DNA of 32,000 nt from Pseudomonas aeruginosa. GTDB taxonomy: Bacteria; Pseudomonadota; Gammaproteobacteria; Pseudomonadales; Pseudomonadaceae. Every line of letters begins with the position of its first letter. Position 1 is the first letter of the stretch. Below, piece by piece: positions 1 through 10,997 of this stretch. Below the pieces are notes generated by a model. That model saw only the letters and a program-made list of their open reading frames with translations. It was not told where the DNA came from and made no database searches. Position numbers and translations under genes: made by a program. The stretch spans positions 2,100,001 to 2,132,000 of the forward strand of contig NZ_LN831024.1 in NCBI RefSeq assembly GCF_001457615.1. Reading direction: 5' to 3'.

Positions 1-1742
1 CCCGGACCGGCGTTGTAGGCGGCCGAGGCGAGTACCCGGTTGCCGTTGAACTGGCCATGCACCTGGCTCAGGTAGGCGGCGCCGAGGCGGATGTTGACGT
101 CGGGCACGATCAGTTGCTGGGTCGAGGCCAGCGGGATGCCGAACTTGCGCGAGGTCTCCTTGGCGGTGCCGGGCATCAGCTGCATCAGCCCGGTGGCGCC
201 GACTCCGGAACGGGCATCGGACATGAACGCGCTTTCCTGCCGGGTGATGGCGAAGATCCAACTGGAGTGCAGGCCGCGGTTCTTCGCTTCGCGCACCAGG
301 GTGGCGCGGTGCGCCATCGGGAAGCGGATGTCCAGGTCGTCCCAGTACTGCGCCTGGCTGATCGAGCGGATCGCCGGGAAATACCACTGCATGTCGTAGG
401 CCAGCCTGGCCTGGGCGATCAGCTCGTCGCGATCGAACAGGCGCGCGGCGTGGTACCACTCGCGGCGGGCGTTGATCACTTCGCCACGGTTGAAGAACTC
501 CATGGCCCGGCGCGTACTGGCGGCGTTGCGTACGCGTTGCAGGACGCGCGGGTCGATGTGCGCAGGACGGTTGCCGAGCTTGTACGGCACGCTCAGGCGG
601 TCGGCGGCGAGGAAGCCGTAGAAGTCGCGCTCGCCGGCGAGCTTCTGGTACAGCGCGATCGGCTCCTTGCTGTTCGGCTGCGCCAGTTGCAGGCTGCGTG
701 CCTGCCAATAGCGCCAGCGGCTGGTGGCGGCAAGATCCTGGGGCAGCTTGCGGGTCAGCGCGTAGGCTTCGTCCCAGCGGCCCAGGCGCAGCAGCAGGCG
801 GGTGCGCCATTCGGTGACGGTGTTGTCGCGCAGGCCGGGATCGTACTGGGTCATCAGCGGCAGTGCGCGCGGATCGAAGCGCTTGGCCAGGCTGAGACCG
901 ATCTCGCGGGCGATGGCGACCTTCTCGTCGCTGGAGAAGGGTAGCGCCGAGCTGTAGTAGTCGAGCAGGCTAAGGGCCTTTTCCGGGTCCTGCCGCGCCA
1001 GGCGGCGCAGGCCGAGACCGACCACGTCGGCGGTGGCATGGTCGCGCTGGCTGAAGCGGCCGGTCTGGCTCAGCTGGGCGGGGTTCTGCGCCACGCTGAC
1101 CATCAGCGCGCCCTGGTTGCCGAGGGTCGGCAGGCGCTGCGCGAGGTGCGAGGCGAGGCTGTAGTTGCGCGCTTCGGCGGCCAGCTTGAGGCGTTTCCAG
1201 ACCTTTTCCTCGGTGAGCTGGCCTTCGCCCTGCCAGAGGCCGAACAGGGTGTCGCAGGCAGCCGGCTGCGACTTGCCGACCAGCCACAGGCGTTCGCTGG
1301 TGGCGTAGCCTTCGGCCTTCTGGCCGTGGCCCAGCTGATACTGGCCATACAGGCAGTCGAGTTCGGTGAAGTTCAGCTTCGGATCGTAGTAGTTGACGAA
1401 GGTCTTCCAGTCGCCGCGGTCGGCCAGCAGGCGCAGCCAGCGCAGTTTCAGCCAGCCGATCTGCGGCAGGTCGCCGTGTTCGGTGAGGAAGCGCTCGACC
1501 TCCTCGTTGCTGGCGGACTTCAGCCGATGGGTCAGTTCGTCGTAGGCCAGGTAGGGTTCCAGCGGGTAATCGCGCAGGGCGCTGCGCGAGGCCATGTAGG
1601 GCGCGCTGTTGCCCTTGGCCAGGGCGGCCTTGGCCTGGTCGTAGAGACGGCGTTGTTCGGTCAGGGAAGCGGCGTGGACCGCGTCGACGAAGGAAATACT
1701 GAGCAAAAGGCAGGAAACGAGAGTGAACAGGCGACCGCGCAT
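1..1742 (-). CDS. slt: Soluble lytic murein transglycosylase (Slt70 family). The N-terminal 580 codons are present and the C-terminus lies beyond the left window edge.
   Basis: This ORF is missing from the track because it has no stop in the window, so I translated it by hand. The ATG is the reverse complement of 1740-1742. The product starts with signal peptide MRGRLFTLVSCLLLSISFVDAVHA. It carries the goose-type/Slt catalytic block FAITRQESAF (Glu codon at 234-236), then GLMQLMPGTA, and AYNAGPG at the window edge. Confidence 0.92.
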   Translation of the reverse strand, partial: MRGRLFTLVSCLLLSISFVDAVHAASLTEQRRLYDQAKAALAKGNSAPYMASRSALRDYPLEPYLAYDELTHRLKSASNEEVERFLTEHGDLPQIGWLKLRWLRLLADRGDWKTFVNYYDPKLNFTELDCLYGQYQLGHGQKAEGYATSERLWLVGKSQPAACDTLFGLWQGEGQLTEEKVWKRLKLAAEARNYSLASHLAQRLPTLGNQGALMVSVAQNPAQLSQTGRFSQRDHATADVVGLGLRRLARQDPEKALSLLDYYSSALPFSSDEKVAIAREIGLSLAKRFDPRALPLMTQYDPGLRDNTVTEWRTRLLLRLGRWDEAYALTRKLPQDLAATSRWRYWQARSLQLAQPNSKEPIALYQKLAGERDFYGFLAADRLSVPYKLGNRPAHIDPRVLQRVRNAASTRRAMEFFNRGEVINARREWYHAARLFDRDELIAQARLAYDMQWYFPAIRSISQAQYWDDLDIRFPMAHRATLVREAKNRGLHSSWIFAITRQESAFMSDARSGVGATGLMQLMPGTAKETSRKFGIPLASTQQLIVPDVNIRLGAAYLSQVHGQFNGNRVLASAAYNAGP

Positions 1743-1966
1743 GACTTATCCGGGCAGGTGATGTCGGGTAACGTCGGCAGGTCCGCAACGGCTGCCTACG
1801 GGCGTTTCGACCGCTCGCGGGACTGGCGCGCGACCGCTGTCGCGGGCGCGCCCGAAGCCGGGCGGATGGCTCGCCTAAGCTTAGCCGTTGCGGCATGGCG
1901 GTGAAAGCGCCGTGCCATCCGATGCCTATCCGGCGTAAAATGCGCGCCCTGTTTCCGGAGGCGCCC

Positions 1967-3889
1967 ATGACCCTGCTCAAGTTCACCGATGTATCCCTTG
2001 CCTTTGGCACCACTCCCTTGCTGGACAAGGTGTCGTGGCAGATCGGCCGTGGCGAGCGGGTCTGCGTGATCGGGCGCAACGGTACCGGCAAGTCCAGCCT
2101 GTTCAAGGTGGTCAAGGGCGAACAGCAGGCCGACGACGGCGAAGTCTGGCGCGCACCGGCGCTGAAGATCGGCGAATTGCCCCAGGAACTACCGCGTGCC
2201 GACGAACGGACAGTGTTCGACGTGGTGGCCGAGGGTCTGGCGGAAGTCGGCAAGCTGCTCGCCGAGTACCACCACCTGAGCCTGAACATCCATACCGACG
2301 ACGACCTGGCGCGCCTCTCGCGGGTCCAGCAGGAACTCGAGGCGCGCGATGGCTGGCGCCTGCAGCAACTGGTGGACAGCACCCTCAGCCGCCTGCAGTT
2401 GCCGGCCGACAAGACCCTCGCCGAACTCTCCGGCGGCTGGCGTCGGCGCGTGCTGCTGGCCCAGGCGCTGGTCGCCGAGCCGGACCTGCTGCTGCTCGAC
2501 GAACCGACCAACCACCTGGACATCGGCGCCATCGCCTGGCTCGAGGAAGCGCTGCTGGGCTTCAACGGCGCGGTGCTGTTCATTACCCACGACCGCGCCT
2601 TCCTGCAATCCCTGGCGACCCGCATCCTCGAGCTGGATCGTGGCCACCTGATCGACTGGAACGGCGACTACGCCAGTTTCCTGGTGCACAAGGAACAGCA
2701 ACTGGCCGCCGAAGAAGCTGCCAACGCATTGTTCGACAAGCGCCTGGCCCAGGAAGAAGTGTGGATCCGCCAGGGCATCAAGGCCCGCCGCACGCGCAAC
2801 GAAGGGCGGGTTCGGGCACTGAAGGAAATGCGTCGCGAACGCGCCGAGCGCCGCGAGCGCCAGGGCAAGGCCAGCTTCCAGCTGGAAAGCGCGGACAAGT
2901 CCGGCAAGCAGGTGATCGTGGTGGAGCACGTCAGCTTCGCCCATCCCGGCAGCCAGCCGCTGGTACGCGACTTCTCCATGGTCCTGCAGCGCGGCGACCG
3001 TATCGGCCTGCTCGGCGCCAACGGTACCGGCAAGACCACCTTGCTCAAGCTGCTGCTTGGCGACCTGCAGCCGACCTCGGGCAAGATCGAGGTGGGCACC
3101 AAGCTGGAAGTGGCCTACTTCGACCAGTTGCGCCATCAGCTCGAACCCGAGCAGACGGTGATCGACAATATCTCCGAAGGCCGCGAGTTCATCACCATCG
3201 ACGGCCAGAACCGGCATGTGCTCAGCTATCTCGGCGACTTCCTGTTCAGTCCGCAGCGCGCCCGCACCCCGGTGAAGGCGTTGTCCGGCGGCGAGCGCGC
3301 GCGCCTGTTGCTGGCCAAGCTGTTCAGCAAGCCGGCCAACCTGCTGGTGCTCGACGAACCGACCAACGACCTCGACGTGGAAACCCTGGAACTGCTGGAG
3401 GAAGTCCTGCTCGGCTTCCAGGGCACCGTGCTGATGGTCAGCCACGATCGGGCCTTCCTCGACAACGTGGTGACCAGCACCCTGGTCTTCGAGGGCGAGG
3501 GCAAGGTTCGCGAATTCGTCGGTGGCTACCAGGACTGGCTGCGCCAAGGGGGCACGCCGCGCCTGCTCGGCGTGAGCGAGTCGAAGAGCGGCAAGGCCGA
3601 GCTGAATACCGCGCTGGCGCCCGCCGCCGAACCCGCGCCGGCTGCTGCGGCGCCGAGCGAGGCGCCGGCGAAGAAAAAGCTCAGCTACAAGTTGCAGCGC
3701 GAGCTGGAGGCTTTGCCCGGGCAGATCGACGCGGTCGAGGCGGAGCTGGCGGGTGTCCAGGAAACCATCGCGCAGCAGGATTTCTATCTGCGCCCGCAGG
3801 ACGAGCAGCGCGAAACCCTGGCGCGGCTGGACGCGTTGCAGCAGGAACTCGATGCCTTGCTCGAGCGCTGGGCCGAACTGGAAGACTGA
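1967..3889 (+). CDS. uup: ABC-F family ATPase (Uup-like) with two ATP-binding cassettes, no transmembrane domain and a C-terminal coiled coil
   Basis: Two Walker A motifs (GRNGTGKSS, GANGTGKTT). Two ABC signatures (LSGGWRRR, LSGGERAR). Two Walker B motifs (LLLLDEPTNHLD, LLVLDEPTNDLD). The start is chosen at ATG 1967 (MTLLKFTDVSLAFG), preceded by GGAG at 1957-1960. The track ORF extends upstream to 1895. Confidence 0.93.
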   Translation: MTLLKFTDVSLAFGTTPLLDKVSWQIGRGERVCVIGRNGTGKSSLFKVVKGEQQADDGEVWRAPALKIGELPQELPRADERTVFDVVAEGLAEVGKLLAEYHHLSLNIHTDDDLARLSRVQQELEARDGWRLQQLVDSTLSRLQLPADKTLAELSGGWRRRVLLAQALVAEPDLLLLDEPTNHLDIGAIAWLEEALLGFNGAVLFITHDRAFLQSLATRILELDRGHLIDWNGDYASFLVHKEQQLAAEEAANALFDKRLAQEEVWIRQGIKARRTRNEGRVRALKEMRRERAERRERQGKASFQLESADKSGKQVIVVEHVSFAHPGSQPLVRDFSMVLQRGDRIGLLGANGTGKTTLLKLLLGDLQPTSGKIEVGTKLEVAYFDQLRHQLEPEQTVIDNISEGREFITIDGQNRHVLSYLGDFLFSPQRARTPVKALSGGERARLLLAKLFSKPANLLVLDEPTNDLDVETLELLEEVLLGFQGTVLMVSHDRAFLDNVVTSTLVFEGEGKVREFVGGYQDWLRQGGTPRLLGVSESKSGKAELNTALAPAAEPAPAAAAPSEAPAKKKLSYKLQRELEALPGQIDAVEAELAGVQETIAQQDFYLRPQDEQRETLARLDALQQELDALLERWAELED

Positions 3890-4038
3890 TCCATCTCGAA
3901 AAAGTGAGCTGCATCAATGTGATAGCGGCTCATCTCGATGATCCTTGCGGGCCTTGCCGGCGGTGGGTGCAGTCCCCCGTCGGTCCCTCTGGCTGGCGTC
4001 ATTGACGGGCCGGCCGTCTCCCGAGAAAGGATCAGTCC

Positions 4039-4725
4039 ATGGCAATCGAGTACCGCATTACGCTGGACGACCAGCATCAGCTCAACTATCGCATCGAGCT
4101 GGAGCGGCACTACGACCCGCAGGCGGCTGCCGCAGCGCCGCGCTGGACGCGCCTGGAACACAATCGCTGCAGCAACTGCCCGCTCGATCGCGAACGCTAC
4201 AGCCATTGTCCGGCGGCGGTCGACCTGCATGGGGTGATCGAGGATTTCCGCAACCTGCCGGCGTTCCGCAAGGCCGGCATCTGCGTGCGCACGCCGGAGC
4301 GCGAGTACATCAAGCAGGCGGGCCTGGAGGAAGGACTGCGCGCGCTGATCGGCTTGATCATGGCCAGCAGCGCCTGTCCGCTGCTGGCGCCGCTGAGGCC
4401 GATGGCCATGCAGCACCTGCCGTTCGCCAGCAACCAGGAGTTCGTGCTGCGGGTGGTGCCGCTGTACCTGATGCGCCAGTACTTCAACTTCCGCGAGGGG
4501 CGGCATGCCGATTGGGAACTGAAAGGGCTGGTGCGGCTGTTCCAGCAGTTGCAACTGGTCAACCAGGCGTTCTGGCAGCGAATCCACGACACCTGTGTCA
4601 GCGATTCCAACCTGAAGGCGTTCCTGACCTTCTTCTCGCTGTCGTCGAGCATCAGCTATTCGCTGGAAACCCAGTTGCAGAAGATCCGCCCGCTGGTGAT
4701 GAGCGCCGAGGAAACGCTCGGCTGA
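4039..4725 (+). CDS. Uncharacterised 228-aa protein with an N-terminal Cys/His cluster (C-x2-C-x8-H-C)
   Basis: Clean ORF with strongly G/C-biased third codon positions and AAAGGA 7 nt upstream of the ATG. The motif RCSNCPLDRERYSHCP sits at residues 43-58. No catalytic motif that I recognise. Confidence 0.8.
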   Translation: MAIEYRITLDDQHQLNYRIELERHYDPQAAAAAPRWTRLEHNRCSNCPLDRERYSHCPAAVDLHGVIEDFRNLPAFRKAGICVRTPEREYIKQAGLEEGLRALIGLIMASSACPLLAPLRPMAMQHLPFASNQEFVLRVVPLYLMRQYFNFREGRHADWELKGLVRLFQQLQLVNQAFWQRIHDTCVSDSNLKAFLTFFSLSSSISYSLETQLQKIRPLVMSAEETLG

Positions 4726-4733
4726 GGCGCAGG

Positions 4734-4749
4734 CCCCGGCCGAGCGGGG
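4734..4749. terminator. Short GC hairpin (CCCCG-N6-CGGGG) between two convergent genes; possible weak bidirectional terminator
   Basis: Inverted repeat read directly from the sequence. The stem is only 5 bp and there is no clear U-tract. Confidence 0.25.
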
Positions 4750-4754
4750 AGAGA

Positions 4755-5192
4755 TCAGGCTTTCTTCAGGTGCACCGCGAGCACGTCGCAGGGCGCGCCG
4801 TGCAGCACGTCGTTGGCAGTGGAACCGAGCAGCAGCGCCAGGCCGTGGCGACCGTGGCTGCCGACCACGATCAGGTCGCAGGCCTGTTCCGCGGCGAGGC
4901 GGTGGATTTCCTGGCGCGGTTGCCCGTAGACCAGGTGGCGCTGCTCGCTGCCGAGGTCCGGATAGCGTACGGCGAAGGCATCCAGGCGTTCACGGGCCTG
5001 GTCGAACTGCTGCTGCTGCAACATCGACAGGTCCATCGGCACGTCCCCACCGAAGGCCATGGCCATGGGCTCGACCACATGCACCACCGAGAGCCGGGCC
5101 TGGTTGCTGGTGGCCAGGGCCGCCGCACGCTTCATCACCGGGTCGCATTCGTCGGTCAGGTCGACGGCGACCAGAATGTGTTGATAGGGCAT
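4755..5192 (-). CDS. Universal stress protein (UspA family), single domain, 145 aa
   Basis: MPYQHILVAVDLTDE...VVGSHGRHGLALLLGSTANDVLHGAPCDVLAV is a typical Usp fold signature. The start at 5192 follows GGAGGAG. The track ORF reaching 5915 is an unsupported N-terminal extension. Confidence 0.88.
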   Translation of the reverse strand: MPYQHILVAVDLTDECDPVMKRAAALATSNQARLSVVHVVEPMAMAFGGDVPMDLSMLQQQQFDQARERLDAFAVRYPDLGSEQRHLVYGQPRQEIHRLAAEQACDLIVVGSHGRHGLALLLGSTANDVLHGAPCDVLAVHLKKA

Positions 5193-5399
5193 GAACGTCT
5201 CCTCCCAGAAGGGGATAGTGTTTTCATTATGGACTTTCGCGCCGCGCGTGGAACCTGTTCCGTTGCGCTGGGCAAAAAGCTGCTCCGCCGTGGTCGCATT
5301 CGCCTGTAAACTGCGCCTCCCTTGGCGACTGCGACCGATCCTGCCTGCGCGCGCGGATCGAGGCAAATGCCTTAACCGTTTTTCGAGTGTCCGTTCCTT

Positions 5400-5834
5400 A
5401 TGACCACTTGGCTGGTGATCCTGCTGCTGGCTGTCATGCTCAGTCCCCTGGCCTGGCTGATGCCGTCCAACAGGCAGCGCGGCAAGATGGCCCTGCGCCT
5501 CGAGGCGCGCCGTCTCGGCCTGGCCATGCAGCTCGCGCGCCAGGATTGGCCGCATTGGCTGGAGAGCGCTCCGCCGACGTCCTGCGCGCAGTTCCACTGC
5601 CCGCGCCGACGCGGCCGGGAGGCCTGGTGCTATTGGCAGAATACCCCGGGCCAGTGGCTGAACCAGTGGCGCGAGCCGTGCGCGGACGATGAGTTGCTGG
5701 ACGCCCTGCGCAGCCTCCCCGGGGATGTCTACAAGGTGGAGGCGACCGCCCAGTTCCTTGCCCTGTATTGGGGCGAGCGCGGCGATAGCGCCGACCTCGG
5801 GCGCATCGCCGAGTTTCTCCGCCAGCGCGCCTGA
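5400..5834 (+). CDS. Uncharacterised 144-aa protein with one N-terminal transmembrane helix
   Basis: ORF with genus-typical codon bias. It has a hydrophobic N-terminus (TTWLVILLLAVMLSPLAWLM) followed by basic residues. There is no obvious Shine-Dalgarno, so the start is less certain. Confidence 0.65.
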   Translation: MTTWLVILLLAVMLSPLAWLMPSNRQRGKMALRLEARRLGLAMQLARQDWPHWLESAPPTSCAQFHCPRRRGREAWCYWQNTPGQWLNQWREPCADDELLDALRSLPGDVYKVEATAQFLALYWGERGDSADLGRIAEFLRQRA

Positions 5835-5850
5835 GGCGGCGCGCCGAGGT

Positions 5851-6654
5851 TCATTGGTTGCGCGCGGCATACAGCGCGGCGACCTTCTCCAGGCCATCGA
5901 TGATCCGGTCTGCATTCTTGTTGACCAGGAACGGCACGCTGTTCTGGTTGTAGTTGCGCAGGGACTTCTCGATGTAGTGCCACTTGATCGCCACGCTGCG
6001 CAGCGCCCTGGCGATCTCCTCGTCGTTCTGCGGCGCCTGCTGCAGCTTCAACAGGTTGACCGAAAAGCGGCTGGCCAGGTCGTCCAGTGGACGCTCCTCG
6101 CCGCCGCCGAAGAAGCTGGCGCCCACCGACGCGTTGCGCGAGGCATAGTCCAGAGCAATGTCCTGCATCAGCAGGCTCTGTTCGCGGCTCTGCTCGGTGA
6201 GCGTCGGCACCGTGGCGGCGTTTTCCCGTTGCAGGCTGCGATACAACTGGCCGCCGAGGTCCATCAGTTGCTGGTTGCGTCGTGCCAGGTCGGCGACCGG
6301 TTGCAGGTCGCTGTAGCCCTTGTTGCGCACCGCGCCGGTCAGCTTGTCGAGGTCTTGCGCATAGTCCCGCCATTGCTCGCGAAGCTGGCCCAGCAGGCGC
6401 CGGGATTCGCTGCCGTTCACGCCGTCGAGTCGCTGCAGGCGGGCTTCCGCCGTCTGCGCCGAGCTTTCGATCAGGCTGGCGTAGCGTTGATCGCCTTCCT
6501 GGCCGACGTACATGAAGAAGGCGTTCAGGGATTTCTGCGTGGCGAGCCGCATCTGGTGCAGGGCGAGCAGGTCATCGGCGGTCCCTGCCGCGAAGGCGGG
6601 GAGGCTCAGCAGGCCGAGCAGGGCCAGACAAAGAGTGAACGGACGGCAGATCAT
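5851..6654 (-). CDS. Uncharacterised secreted or periplasmic all-helical protein, ~267 aa
   Basis: The start is chosen at 6654 (MICRPFTLCLALLGLLSLPAFAAG, a Sec signal peptide with an AFA-AG cleavage-type site), preceded by GGAGA. The track ORF extends to 6762. The mature part is rich in Q/L/R/A and looks helical. Confidence 0.75.
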   Translation of the reverse strand: MICRPFTLCLALLGLLSLPAFAAGTADDLLALHQMRLATQKSLNAFFMYVGQEGDQRYASLIESSAQTAEARLQRLDGVNGSESRRLLGQLREQWRDYAQDLDKLTGAVRNKGYSDLQPVADLARRNQQLMDLGGQLYRSLQRENAATVPTLTEQSREQSLLMQDIALDYASRNASVGASFFGGGEERPLDDLASRFSVNLLKLQQAPQNDEEIARALRSVAIKWHYIEKSLRNYNQNSVPFLVNKNADRIIDGLEKVAALYAARNQ

Positions 6655-6876
6655 GGGTTCCATCTCCATGTGGCCCTGGAGGCCTTCTTGTTGTTCTTTT
6701 GTAACGGCCCGTGGCCGATCATGCATGGCGATCTGCGGCGACTCTAGCCTGCCTTTCCGCACCGGGACAAGCGCCCACGGCGCCGATCATCGAACATCTG
6801 AATGGTCCGACAGAGGCTGGCTGAATGGCCCTGCGCAGAGGGCCTGGAGGAGGGCAGGTGTTTTCCGGATGGCTGA

Positions 6877-6905
6877 TTGACAATTCCCGGCTTTTGCCGG
6901 AATGT
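6877..6905 (+). promoter_or_regulatory. Candidate sigma70 promoter for fadBA (TTGACA-N17-GAATGT)
   Basis: Perfect -35 hexamer at 6877-6882. The -10 at 6900-6905 is weak. A CCGGC-TTTT-GCCGG hairpin lies in the spacer. This is sequence reading only. Confidence 0.3.
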
Positions 6906-6919
6906 GTGCGCACCCAAGT

Positions 6920-6946
6920 CAAACGGGCGTATGAATCGAGCGTTTG
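6920..6946. promoter_or_regulatory. Candidate PsrA-related operator: CAAACG-N15-CGTTTG inverted repeat upstream of fadB
   Basis: The half-sites match the PsrA half-site (C/G)AAAC / GTTT(G/C). The spacing is far wider than the N2-4 of the published consensus. fadBA5 is a known PsrA target. Confidence 0.3.
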
Positions 6947-7096
6947 CCTCGCGCAGGCCTCGACAATAGAGACCCGGTTATCGCGTCGGCGGGTGTGCCG
7001 AAGGGTTTGGGACTATGCTCGGCGGTTGCCGAAAGGGTCCCGACACGGCGTCCGATGTGTAAGTTCAAGCTTCCATAATAGCGTGGAGATCAGTTG

Positions 7097-9244
<2,148 letters not shown>

Positions 9245-9259
9245 TCGCGGAACGACTAG

Positions 9260-10450
<1,191 letters not shown>

Positions 10451-10466
10451 GCGTTCGTCGAAGGGG

Positions 10467-10501
10467 AAAGCCGGGGCCTCGTGCCCCGGCTTTCGTTTTT
10501 C
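10467..10501 (+). terminator. Rho-independent terminator of fadBA
   Basis: AAAGCCGGGGC-ctcgt-GCCCCGGCTTT followed by CGTTTTTC, 17 nt after the fadA stop. Confidence 0.85.
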
Positions 10502-10643
10502 AGTGTCAGTCGTTTCCGGCTGTATCGAGCGAATGACGCCCCGGGAGCGCGGGTTTGCCTATTGTGCGATCCGTGCCTATACCGGGCTGTTGTATGTCGG
10601 CATTGTGCCGTTGTTTTCCGATTTTCGAGACAAGGTAAGGAAC

Positions 10644-10907
10644 ATGGACCTGCAGGCTGGGCTCTATCGTCATTACAAGGGACAGAACTACCGGGTCCTG
10701 GGTGTCGCGCGGCATTCGGAGACGGAAGAGGTGCTGGTGATCTACCAGGCGCTGTACGGCGAATTCGGTCTCTGGGTGCGTCCGCTGGAGATGTTCACCG
10801 AGGCCGTGGAGGTCGATGGCGAGTGGGTGCCGCGCTTCGTCCTGGTGAGTCCCGAGGCCGATCCCCTGGGCTTGCAGAAAGCTCCCGGCGGGGAAGACCG
10901 CGCTTGA
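10644..10907 (+). CDS. DUF1653-family small protein, 87 aa
   Basis: GLYRHYKGQNYRVLGVARHSETEEVLVIYQALYGEFGLWVRPLEMF matches my memory of the DUF1653 signature. AAGGAA lies upstream of ATG 10644. The track ORF reaching 10386 is an unsupported extension. Confidence 0.8.
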   Translation: MDLQAGLYRHYKGQNYRVLGVARHSETEEVLVIYQALYGEFGLWVRPLEMFTEAVEVDGEWVPRFVLVSPEADPLGLQKAPGGEDRA

Positions 10908-10932
10908 CCTTGGCTCGTTCGCCACTATATAT
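10903..10932 (+). promoter_or_regulatory. Candidate sigma70 promoter for topA (TTGACC-N16/18-TATATA)
   Basis: The -35 at 10903-10908 overlaps the upstream gene's stop codon. The -10 lies inside a near-palindrome CCACTATATATAGCGG at 10921-10936. Confidence 0.4.
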
Positions 10933-10997
10933 AGCGGTGCCGCGCTAGTCGCTCCCTCCTTTATATTCATCTTTTCGACGCAGGAACCTTCCGATCC

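Noticed and set aside
1892-1916. 9-bp hairpin (GGCATGGCG-N7-CGCCGTGCC, with one G-U pair) in the slt-uup divergent region; considered as a leader or attenuator for the ABC-F gene
   Set aside because: There is no U-tract, no leader peptide ORF and no alternative pairing that I can find. GC-rich hairpins of this size occur by chance in this genome.
57-2625. Plus-strand ORFs 57-944 and 1038-1904, and the minus-strand 551-aa ORF 970-2625
   Set aside because: The real gene at 1-1742 is slt on the minus strand in a different frame, with a signal peptide and catalytic ES motif, and it is absent from the track because it has no stop in the window. The 970-2625 ORF is out of frame with slt and antisense to uup. 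All three have Arg/Pro/Ala-rich nonsense composition.
2035-4005. 656-aa plus-strand ORF overlapping uup in another frame
   Set aside because: It is an out-of-frame shadow with Arg/Pro/Gly/Ala-rich composition. The in-frame Uup product has two complete ABC cassettes.
5263-5275. TTGCGCTGGGCAA upstream of the Usp gene as a possible Anr/FNR box
   Set aside because: The spacing is TTG-N7-CAA, whereas FNR/Anr sites are TTGAT-N4-ATCAA (TTG-N8-CAA), and the inner bases do not match.
4755-5915. 386-aa version of the universal stress protein ORF
   Set aside because: Only the last 145 codons resemble Usp and are preceded by a strong GGAGGAG RBS. The upstream 240 codons overlap the plus-strand 5400-5834 gene antisense and look non-coding.
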